A stretch of DNA of 64,000 nucleotides from Moniliella sp. 'wahieum' (Eukaryota): contig RSEE01000008.1 in NCBI GenBank assembly GCA_003971905.1, forward strand, positions 868,001 to 932,000, given 5' to 3'. Of this stretch, positions 53,259 through 64,000 are shown one piece after another. Both the position numbers and the translations under genes were made by a program. The notes below the pieces were generated by a model, which did not search any database, was not told where the DNA came from, and saw only the letters and a list, made by a program, of their open reading frames with translations. Position 1 is the stretch's first letter. Every line of letters begins with the position of its first letter.

Positions 53259-53623
53259 TGCTTGAACAAGCAGAATGCGACAAGAACGCCAAGTACCAGG
53301 GACGCACTCAAGAGCCGTTTTTCCCCCTGGTTTTGACGACGCGAGGATACTACGGCACCAAGACGACGGGCAAGCGCATTGGAAGGAGTTGGCTACTAAG
53401 TCTCAGTGGAAATGGTTCCTCGCTCGGATGTCAACCACGTTCCTCCGTGTCCACACGCGCTTCCTAGGGTACGGGACCGGATGGCGTGAGCCGGAGGGTC
53501 CTGATATCCTGGCGACCCCCCTGGTCCCTTAATCTTGGTGGCGCTTCCAAGTAACCCCCGCAAGATGAACGGTTCGGTTTAGAAGTAGCGTTTCCCCTGT
53601 CCCAGCCTTAAGCTCTGTCAATG
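53259..53623 (+). mobile_element. 5'-truncated RLE element, copy 2
   Basis: Near-identical to 30550-30921, with a 7-nt deletion (TTGTTTG) that breaks the ORF. Confidence 0.9.
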
Positions 53624-55209
53624 AAATGGACGAGGTATGCCATTGTGTCCCATTCCCACGGATAGTTACATTGCAAAGCCCCAAACCCAGTCAATTCAGA
53701 TTCAGCGGTAAGGGCATATTGGCGTGAGGTTACTAAGACAAAATTGGAACTGCGACGGTCTGAAGCGGCAAGTTAGAAAGACGAAGGGACAAGCAGGGTA
53801 AGGGGGCGATGAACCAATGAGAAGGAAGATCCCACACAGGGGTGGGAAGCGTCGGGAAAAAGCACATCTGGGAGAGGCGGAGGAATTGTGCTTGGGGTCA
53901 TATCCGGACCTTTTATTGAACTCTCTCGTGCGCCCCTTCTCAGACGACACTCCCATTCTCAACGAGCCCATCGCTGTGAAGAAAAATGCCGAGATGTGTG
54001 GCGTAGGTGATATATGGCCAGGCGTGCGGACTACTGCGAGTGGTGAGATCTGAGACTATAGGAGTGTTCGGATGATCAGGAATGGAGAGGAATGGAGAGC
54101 TCGGAGGAATGTCGATGACCGGATGACCGGTCGATGACCACATCTTGCAGAAGGATTTTGATAGGGGAAGCGTTTTTCTTTTTGTCCCTGCTGTGACATG
54201 TGTGCACGTTGTGAACGCGCTGAACGTATAACGTTGAAGCTTTTGAAGCTTGAAGTTGGAAGTTCTGCAAATGCTATGATTTCAGAATTCGTTGTACTTG
54301 AAGCCTAACGTCGAACGTGGTGAACATGGTGAACCCCAGGCCAGGGGTGGGATCTGGGGGAAGCGCAAGTCGTCCTGTGGACGTGCAGGACATGGGATGA
54401 TTAATGATTGAGGAAGATATGTATAATGGATGATCGATGATCGATGATGCAATGATGGGCTGAAATGCACTAGCATGGGAGAAAATGCGAGCGCAGAGAT
54501 CGCTCTCAGGGCATCAGCGCATGTGAATCTTGTATCATCTCTCAGCGCTGCGCCATTAGTACTTAGTGCATTAGTGCATTTGCGTTTAACCAAGCGAAAC
54601 AGCGCTCCCAATTAGACAATTGGAGAGAGCGTTGTGAGACTGAGGCTGGGAGGGCTACCCTGGGCGGCGACACTAATAGTGGGCCAGGACGCCACGCAAT
54701 GCCTATGCGCCCATGAGATCATGACATCTGAGATCTGAGGAGTGTCGGACGTTCTACTGTGGCGGTAAATGCTGTGACATTGAGGCTGAACTTGCTCGGT
54801 ACTGAGTCTGAGTACTTTTTTTTTTTTACCGAGTGGCTGGAAGCCCTGAGGGCGGGTCTGTATGTGCTACCTGCAGGAAACTACCGCCGTGCGGGCTGTG
54901 CTGACATGTGACATGTGACATGTGAGTGTGATACGTGGTGTTTCACTGCCAGACCAACTTGGTACTCAGTCTGAGATCTGGGGGGTCTGAGGATCTGAGG
55001 CCCTGTGGCCTGAGCGCCTGAGCGTCTGTTGAGCGCGCGGCGGAGTACCAGTAATTGAGTACCGAGCAAAACTTGGTCTGCGTCACGCGTCAGGGGCTAG
55101 TGTTAGTGTATGTTAGCAGCGCAGCTGTGCTAAACGCTAAGCGCAATATCCAGTGGCAACGTGGATCACCATCGTCACCGATCACAGGCACAGGTCGTCT
55201 GCTGCCCCC

Positions 55210-55440
55210 TATGTTTAACGTTTAACGTCGTACCTTTACGTTTACGCGTTACGCGCCTTTACTTCTACCGGCTACCACTCAGCGTACTTCACGCTTCACG
55301 AGCTTCACGTTTAACACGTTAATGTAGGCTATCGGTTATAACGAGTTAACGTTTAACGTTTAACGCAGGTTAACGCAGGTTAACGCAGGTTAACGTTTAA
55401 TAGCGCTTAGCGCTTAACGCTTGCGCTTAAGCTTTGAGCG
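55210..55440. repeat. low-complexity palindrome/tandem cluster including (TTAACGCAGG)x3, (AACGTTT)n and (GCGCTTA)n
   Basis: Visible directly in the sequence. Confidence 0.85.
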
Positions 55441-56161
55441 TCGAAATCTAAGAGTTACATACGATGCATGCTTGCCTAGGACCCGGTACACGTTCTCGGT
55501 TCCCGCTTGGCTGGTATATGTTTACCAGGTAATAAAGAACGCAAAAGTTCTTCGTTGAATCAATCGATAATGGATAGGAAAGGCTGTTCGAGACCTTGTT
55601 GTGGGCCGTATGGCCGTATCACCGGCGTCGGTGACCGGTGGCGAGGAGCTGTGGCTCGGTGCCCAGGCCCAGGTTTGAAAGTTAACCTCTGGAGGAAAAC
55701 CATTAATCAGTACTGAGACTCAGTACTCAGTCTGAGTACCGTTTAACCACACGTCACGCATCACAATCGTTACATGTTTCACGCTCGGTGTTACATGTTA
55801 GGTACGTTTGATCTTAATCTTTTCGAACACAGGGCTCGGCCGCACGCCGATCATCTGTACGTGCGTGTGCACATGGATGCGCACATGCAGCGCTCCTGCT
55901 CACACTCACCAGACGCACTACCGGCACAATGCAAACCCTTTCCTTCTCCCGCTACCGCCCTGAGCGTGAGCGCTGTTGAAACGCCGCCCAGGCACCGAGG
56001 TGGTGCACCCTCCTACGTAACTTCATTTCTCTTACCCAAATCACACTTGGAGTCCATGCCCCTTCTGCTATTTCTCCCTTTCCCTTTTCTCCATCCTCTG
56101 CGTCCTGTCTCCCGCCCTCCAACTACCACCAGCCCACTCCAACTGAAGCTTCCCATCAGGT

Positions 56162-56630
56162 ATGCGCGTCCTGCTGCTGCTTGCCGCTCTTACCGGTGCT
56201 TTCGCGTCGCGGGACATGTTGGTGAATGTTCCCAATCCTGGGGATGCCCTCAATCTCGCCCAGCCAACCTATGATTGGAGCCCTCAGGGGCCAGCAAAAC
56301 TTCGCTCGCTCTTTCGGTGGCAGTATGACATGCGCGACACTGCATTTGACCTTGGACTGGATAAGTCTGAAATAGCTTTCGACTCACCTCCGCCTATCTC
56401 ATGGGAGGAGGTGTTGAACCTTCCTCCCGAACCACCTTTGGACCGCGGAAGATCGGAGGAGCGCATCATCAACTACGCTATGGTACGTCTTCTCTATTTA
56501 TCCATCACTACCACCCCGAGCCGAGCGCTGACAGCTGACACCCGTGCAGCTGATGGCCCAGCAGCGCGATTTTCACAAAGCCCTTCAAGCCCGCCATGAG
56601 GCTGAAGAGACGCCTAATCAAAGCCCCTGA
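56162..56630 (+). CDS. small secreted protein, 133 aa, two exons (56162-56482, 56550-56630)
   Basis: Signal peptide MRVLLLLAALTGAFA. The canonical intron GTACGT..GCTGAC..CAG splices in frame to LMAQQRDFHKALQARHEAEETPNQSP*. Confidence 0.72.
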
Positions 56631-57873
56631 ACACTCTGTGGCAGCATACCCTCGTCTCTGGTTCCTTCGACCTCTTCTTCGTTCTGCACCCCTCCGCACT
56701 GGGCTCGACCTATATTCGTTTGTTTTCCGTTTTGCACATCAACTCTTTTTTGGTTACGACAGCGGTAAGCGCTATAGGCGCTACTCTAATAAGCGCTAAG
56801 CAGAAGGCGTGGCCTTATGGGCAATGGATTACCCGTTATCGATTATCCCCGTTATGCGTTGTATTCTATACGCGTGTGCTGTTGCTGTTACTGCACACAT
56901 CCCAACGTTCCCAACAAAAATCAGAAGTGTGTCGGTTTAGATCACAGAGATCACAGAATATAGGTCACATGTCACACAAGGGAACCTTGGGCCTCGCCCT
57001 GGCCTGAGGCCCCTGAGGCCCTCAGGCACAGGCCCCTGAAGCTGAAGTTTGCAGCCCGCACATTCAGGGGGTGGGTGGTTGAACGAGTTGATACTGGTCG
57101 CTTATCGAGATGATCCATCGATGTAATTTCGATGGGGATCTATGCCATCTATGCACTACCCTTCAAGCTTCAGCGCCTTCAGCAATGGGTAACATGGGTA
57201 ACCGGTAGCAGCGCGTGGTATTTGTCATGTGTGATGCACGATGGCCGATGCGCCGACCACAATAGTGCACCATACCCCGATGGGAAAGTTTTTCATTCAA
57301 GCCGAGACAATAGGTGTCACTAGTGTCACATGTAATGCATTAAGTAGTCACTATAGTCACACTATAAGGCCTAAGGCCTAAGGCACCTTTGGATGTATTT
57401 AATGAAGCTCATCGATCATTGATCGGCCACCCCAGGCGTGGGGCGGCGTGAGGCCGTGATGTGTGAGGCTTAGGGGCACTCAGTGTACTCATACTCCTTC
57501 TCCTTAGGCCTTAGGGCCTTAGTGTTCTACTCAACGTACTCACTCAGGCTCAGGCCCAGGCCCAAGGCCTAAGGCCAAATTAGTGACTTCTGCCAAGCCC
57601 TAATACACTTCCCCCCGCGCTATATACAAAAGAAAGACATTGTTAATTTCTTTCTTTGTTCCTCTTCCTCTTCCCCGGCACCTGCCATGGCCAGTAAGAT
57701 CTCAGAGACAAAAAGACATCATCTGCCCCAGTCTCGTAAACTGCAACCCTAACCTAAATCGCGCATGGCATTTAATATTTACTGGTTACCCCCGGCGTCT
57801 CTCTAACTACCGGCAAGGGAGGGAATTTAGGAATTTATGGCGTCTCACCTTTATTGGGAGAGGTTCCGCAATG

Positions 57874-57907
57874 GCCCGGATAGCTCAACGGTAGCATTGG
57901 CCTTCCA
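57874..57907 (+). pseudogene. possible tRNA 5' half (anticodon TCC, Gly) with no 3' half
   Basis: GCCCGGA-TAGCTCAACGGTAGC-A-TTGGC-CT-TCC-A resembles an acceptor 5' strand, A box and anticodon arm. No matching T arm or acceptor 3' strand was found nearby. Confidence 0.35.
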
Positions 57908-59221
57908 TCTATGCTCTACATTAATGGAAATGGATCCATCAAGATTATCCCACCCTGTATCCACAGTTTATACTACATCGTCATCTCAAAAAAATTCTGT
58001 ACACATCCCAGCCCCGTCGCCGCGCCTTTTCGTTGACCATTTGTGGTGATGGGATAGGTGGAGAGGTCATCGAAGAAAGAAGAACCTTTATATATGGGTT
58101 TTCGTTGGCTTGGGCGCGAGCCGTTTTTGCCGTTGCCACTCTCTGGGAGTGTGGGTGTAGGCTGTCATCGAAGCGGAGGAAGAATGGGAATAAGGACATG
58201 ATGCTGTAAATGTCCACATCAATAAGTGGCTTCCCTTTTTTCTACCCCACCACAGAGGACGGTATAGGCATACGGATGAGCCTGATCAAGCTCATACCCC
58301 CTCCCTCCCCTCCCTTGTCTCCGTTGCCTCGGCCCTTTTGCCTCGGTTGTGACCTATACGTCAAGGCCAGACTGTGGCTCTTCTGGACGTTGACCAGACT
58401 CATGTATATGTACGCGCCTTGCTGCATTTGTTGAACGGAGCATCGTCCCTTCGATTTTTATATACAACCCGGATTGAGTTCAATCCCGTTCGTACGACCA
58501 AGACAAGGGGTCTTTTTGTGTCTCTTTGTTGCTCACTGCTTTGATCCCACACCTTGAATGACTTGAACTTATTGTTTGGAAAGGGAGGCACAGAGGTGTG
58601 GGCTCTGAGTTCAAGACGTGGGCTTTAATTTTCCGCGACATATGCGTCCCATTTTCTCAGCGAGGCTCATGTTGTCCTAGGGAGCCAGACGGGTAGAGAC
58701 GGATGAAGAGAAGGTGATGGATTAGAGCCAGAGTTGGATCTGGGTACAGCGGCATCTATATAGGAGGCCCGACTAGGCATAGGGCCAATGAGTCGCGCAG
58801 GAGAGTGTGCAGGGTACAGGGACAGTGACACGCTGGGACACTAGCGTGGAATCCTATGGAACCGAGGCGAACCTGGTCTACCGACTGGGAGCCGGAGGAT
58901 CACAGTCAACAGCTCTTCATATGACTTCCTCGTTTCTCGCCGAGGGTGGGAAACCTGCCCTTCTTCGAACTTTTCTTGTTTTAACTAGTACTCTTCCTGG
59001 TTCTGGTCGAGTGTGGGAAGCCTTTTTCCCTGCTGGTCCTATGTTCCTTTCTGAGGGACGCGGGATTCTCTTTGCTTTGCCCGTTTAATATTCTTCGTTG
59101 AGAGTTACTAATTCCAAAAGCACTATAAGATCCTGTATGTTTGTCCGTTTTGATCTCCATGCTCCTTCTCTCTATAGCGGATCAGGGTGTATCAAGATCA
59201 TTTGTCACATTGAGGAAGGGC

Positions 59222-59243
59222 GAGAGAGAGAGAGAGAGAGAGA
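59222..59243. repeat. (GA)n microsatellite
   Basis: About 11 units visible directly. Confidence 0.9.
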
Positions 59244-62200
59244 AAAGATATTACTAATAGTTATACTATTCCAATAAGCGATGTGACGAGTCTATACAAG
59301 ACAAGTCGTACACATAACCGAAGGGAAATTGTGGGGGCCATACCCGCGTCGTGTGATGCCTCTCTTCCCTGCCAGGGATCGATCCTTAATGGACTCAAGA
59401 AGCAACCCCTGCGTTTGTCCTATAATTTATTAGTGTAGAACATATACTCTCTGCTGGGTCTTTCAGTTTCCCTTCCACCGGGCAGCTATGCCATCCAACT
59501 TTTCGCCAGGGGACCCGCCCGAGGGGACTGAGGAGTACAATCCCTTGCATGTTCTAAAGTCGAGACTCACGGTAGTTGTGCGCTTGGGCTGATTGGTGGG
59601 TTCGAGCGGGGCTCTAGGGACAAGGAGAGGCGTCTCGGCGTATATCAGAGGCGAGTGCAAAAGTGTGGCAAGGCTGCGTAGCATCTGCCTGGGTGCCACT
59701 AGCGTGTCTGAAGCCTTCGGGCTCAAGGACGGGGAGAGGAGAAGCGGAGGACCCACACTGCTGTTGGGGACTGGAGAGCTGGACTGGGACTGGGAGCGGC
59801 GTGGCTGGAAGCGGGATCACACGCGGCTGAACTGAGCTGGACTTCGGCGTGGCACCTGAGAGGCACGCATGAACTGGGTTGTCTGAAAGACGGAGAGATG
59901 AAGACGGGAGATGGAGGACGAGGACGGGAAGCTGAGAAGCAACTAAGCGGAGGAGTCGCCTGTTGTACTGGGTTGATCAATAATTGGCGAGGACAGTAAG
60001 GGGAGACGCCGAAGATGGACCGAGGGGGGGGAAACCACGAACTGTTGATAACAGACAAGGACTAAAAGGGAAACAACGCAATCGAGGAGAAGAACGGGAA
60101 ACAGGAGGAAACAGAGAGACGGTTGCCGCACGAGCAACCTATAGAAAGGAAAGGTAAACAGGCACGGTGCGACTATCGTTGTCGCAAAGGAAAATACTGA
60201 CAATTGGGTGGCCATGCGGTGGTCACCAAAATTCACTTGGGGAAGAGGCGACTATTGCTGCGTGGATACACAGAACTGATAATCGTGCTGGTGGTCTCGC
60301 CAGCCGCGACCGAGCTGGGTTGGATCTGGGAGCGTGCTCTATTGTTGGATAGAGCGGACGCGCCTCAGCTGATATCGGATCAGATCGAATCTGACCCCGT
60401 GGCCAACGTGGGGACGGGGTTAGGAAGGCCAAGGGTGCGCGTAGTCTCCGCCGGGCTTGCGAGCCTGTTTTCACTCGTGACATCACGATCCTCTTTACCA
60501 AGCGCGTCCTCGCCCTTAAAGGAACGGCTTCCCTCTCTCCCAACATCGGGAGAGGGTGTGAAGAAGTGTACGCTTAGCGCACATCTCTCATTTCCACACG
60601 GTAAACAAACGAGAGGTATGCCTTTTTGTCCTTCGGTCATTGGGCATACGATCGGCGTCACGTCCCTGTCTGCGCCGATCAAACTTGGAACGGGGACTGG
60701 GTATTTGGATATTCGGCATGCCCCTGCTTCCTTCAGTCGTTAGGTATGCCATCCAAACTGGTTCTTGTTCGCACGCCCCTCCTTCCCTCGAGCGTCGGTG
60801 GGGGTGTGAGACAAAGCCATCTTGGGAGCAGGGGAACGGAGGGGGTAGAGGCACTGTTGGCCCGCGGGCAAATGCTCGCCTCTTCTGGGACTTGGGGCAG
60901 AGTATGGGCTCCCCTGTCCCGCCTGCCAGCGTTCGCTCGTCACAATAGGCTGTTTCCAGAGTCTTTATCCTCCGTACTATTACGGATCCCCCTCCAATAT
61001 TATAAAAGAGAATTGAATTGTTCCAGTGACCGGTCGATCTTGTCATTGCCTTTGTCTTGTCTTCTCATCCTCAGTGTTACCAAACCTTCAAGTTCCGAGA
61101 TTGTCGGGATCAGACCCACCTGATCACACATGGCAACCACGTTTAGCTGGGCCCTACTGAAGAGTTGTTTCTAGACCCTGTTTTCCCCCTTTGTCTATGC
61201 TCCCTTTCTTTGTCCGTGTGAGACTCATCTCGCAAGTTGCCTTCTTCCCTTCCGAGAGACTGATATATATACGTCGCCTTCTTTCCACTCGATGAATACG
61301 ATCCTCATAATCCTTTTCCACATCTCCAGATCTCCTGATATTAGAGACTGCAAGCATGCTTGTCTTGCTCTCGTTCCGAGGCATACGCGGCCTTGGCACG
61401 CGAGCTGACGCCGGAGTAAGAGGCCTCACCTCGTACGTCATCCCTCCGCCCGGACCCTCCCATAACACGTTCAGGCGTCTTATAAACCGTAAGTGATATC
61501 TTCTTCCCCGGTGCAACCCCCCCCCCTATAAACTCTGGATCGGGCCCAAGTCCGCGGTCCATCTATCAACAGTAGATATCCAGCGATGGTTACAAGATAT
61601 TCTTTTAGATACGCAACAGACCCCTGTGCCTTATTGCCCTCCATGAGTGGTGCTTACCAGACTTGCGCAATGCAGTTTTGCTCCCGCAAATTGGTGGGGG
61701 GAATGTCCTTGCCGTATCGGTATCTTGGCTGTACTCCCTATCTTCTGTTGTCTCGTGTGGGGGACGTGATGGGTGGGGAATAAACGGGTCCAAATCTGCG
61801 AATATAACTTGTAGCACCATCTCCTATGTTGACCCACCGGCCTCGAGCAAACTGAGAAACCACCTTGTTGACACCGCTGTCATGGGCTCCAGAACCCAAA
61901 TTCAAAAGGTTTCCCTAAGGTCTTCTGAAGCGTTTGTTCCACTTTTGGTGGCTATTTTGTCTCTGCAACACATGGCCTGATGCTATAATCCTGACGGAAG
62001 GGGCCGAATAAAAGCGACGCGGAAAGAAATCGTTCACAGTCTCTATCAGATGGCCGCATGACGATGGATGTTTCTTAGCATCCACTGGGCCCCTTTTTGG
62101 CATGAGGGCACTTTATTGTCCCCAACTTTACGAACAGTGCAACTCAGAAGAGGGCTGGCAGAACACGATCCACAAAAAAGCAGAGGTCATCCTCATCGTT

Positions 62201-62849
62201 TACACCACATTTCTTGTGGGCCACCGAGACTCCAGTTTTCTCTTCATTTTCAGCTCGCCCCTATACATGCGCTTCCAACCTGGAAGCTGATAAGTGAAGT
62301 GCATGGTATTAGGATGAATCCCATCCGTGAGGAGGGCCAACCACATATCCGTACTGACGAATACCTTCGACCCTCGACCGCGCTACAGCGACTCCTCGGG
62401 GGGGGGGGGAGTTGGCCCAAAGTATATATTTGAGGGATCCCCACATGGGATTGAGAAAGATTGACGTTGCCTTACTACGTCCTGGGAGCTTAGCGCGTTC
62501 CCCTGCCTAGCAGTCCCTTATCGGTGACCTGACGACCGGTGATCCAGCGAACTCACTCCGAGGGCAGCACAGGAGCAGTGTGAAGGAAAACACTCCGTCG
62601 GCCCTGGGAATGATCGATGACCGGTGACCGGTGACTGGTCCATGGGGCTGGGAGCATGGAGGGCCTTCCTCAAGCTTGGCGCGTGATAATCATGCATGGC
62701 ACGTGACGCTGCAGTGAGCACTTCGGTACGCGCCTCCATACAGGCGCATCGGTCGCTTTCTCCCACCTCCGTCCCCATCCCCATCCAGCGCGTTCAGTCC
62801 GCGTGTCGCCAACCCAGCCACCGTCAGCACGCCCAAGAAGGAAGCGACC

Positions 62850-64000
62850 ATGGGCTTAGGAGCACGCCTTGCATTTCTGCTGACGCCCATCGTGGCCATC
62901 GCGCTTGGAACTGTTGTTTTCAAACTGGACGACAACGAATCGGTACGTGCAAAGTGAATCTCACCATCTCACATTCTTGCCATCTCACAAGGCTTGCCGC
63001 GCTGACCGCTTCGCTTGCCGCACGTGTTCGCAGTTTTGGTCCACTCCTTCCCTGGCGTGCGAGCGGGAGAGTACGCAGGCCGTCCAAGCGGTGCAGCGCG
63101 TGTTGCTCTCTGCGTCTCAGCACCTCGCTTCCCTCCAGGAGATGACCGCCCCCCACTTGTCCCTCTCTTCTTTCCAGGCCATCCCGCACAGCCCCGCACT
63201 CGCCCGCACCATCACACGTGGTGCACATCACTTTTGTGCTACAGGCGAGCTTGCTCCTGCCCGCCGAGCCTTGTTTTCCCTTGGCCTCTCCATTGCCCTT
63301 CCCTGGACCTTCCGATTGGGTGAGACGCTCCCCTGGCTCGCCGAGGTCTATCTCTTCTCCTCTCTGGCCAGCATGGGGATCGGTCTCCCAGCCTTGCTCA
63401 CGCTTCCTGTGTATGCGCTGCACCTCTATACTCAGGTCGGTGCGCGTGTCTCCCCATCCCCACCCGCGCGGCCCGGACGACAGTGCCTCTGCTACTGCTG
63501 TTCTCTATCCCATTTTGCTCGTTCTGGTGGGGAAGGATGTGCTCCCCTGGGTTGCCCTGCCCTCCTGGGTAGCCTTCTTTCTCGCGGCTCTGATGTCTGT
63601 CACACGCTTGTCGCCCGCCCATCTGCCACGGGATGAGGAACAAGCAGCGGAGAAAGTGGCCGAGGCGTATGAGCACCGCTGGGTAGCTTACCGGCGGATC
63701 GCGTTGCTGTCCCTCATGCTCTGGGCGTACGGGCTGTACGGGTTGGCACGAGCACCAGAGTACACGTTGCGGGCTGCCCAGACCGCAACGCGCTATCTCC
63801 CTGCGCTGCCAGCAGGTTTGCACTTGCCTTCCTGGGATGTCCCTGTCCCATGGACCGAGCTTGATACCGCACTGACCATGCACACTGCCCGCCCTGCTTC
63901 TCTTGCCAGTGGGAGTGCTGGTGCTGGAAATGTTCTCGACTCGTGCCGAGCCACACGGCCTGCACCCGCTCACCGCCCGCCCGTTCCCAGCGGTCGAGGC
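62850..64000 (+). CDS. hypothetical multi-pass membrane protein, spliced and frameshifted, possibly running off the window
   Basis: ATG with hydrophobic MGLGARLAFLLTPIVAIALGTVVF, a GTACGT donor at 62943, a GCTGAC..CAG acceptor and further hydrophobic segments (LFSLGLSIALPW; GIGLPALLTLPVYALHLYT). Confidence 0.5.

Noticed and set aside
57365..57580. Interstitial telomeric repeats (TTAGGC/TTAGGG-like)
   Set aside because: Only isolated TTAGGG units occur, in mixed orientation. They are better explained as part of the AGGCCT palindrome cluster.

Overview
Eukaryotic fungal genomic DNA. The GC-rich codons, few short GT-AG introns with GCTRAC branch points and intron-containing tRNAs suggest an intron-poor basidiomycete, possibly Ustilaginomycotina (inference). 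Most long conserved genes carry 1-nt frameshifts, often in or near short homopolymers. This is best explained as an unpolished long-read assembly, so CDS coordinates are approximate. The gene-dense parts hold a RING-PH-vWA scaffold, alanine-glyoxylate aminotransferase, eL13, NudE, a divergent pair of secreted double-DPBB paralogs, NAC-beta, ATP synthase subunits e and beta, a two-RRM protein, an Slm1-like BAR-PH protein, a GH105-like glycosidase, mitochondrial RRF, ProRS, casein kinase I, a group III hybrid histidine kinase, a GCP4-like protein, an Rcf3/HIG1-like protein, tRNA-Met and tRNA-Phe. Gene-poor stretches lie at about 28-32 kb and 50-62.8 kb. Two observations stand out. (1) A three-copy mobile family has a restriction-like-endonuclease (CRE/R2-type) ORF remnant, a hairpin and tandem-repeat 5' region, nested 5' truncations and a shared tail-less 3' end. 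(2) The intergenic DNA shows a pervasive pattern of 7-bp micro-tandem repeats built from many different A-NNNN-T palindromes joined by TNA.
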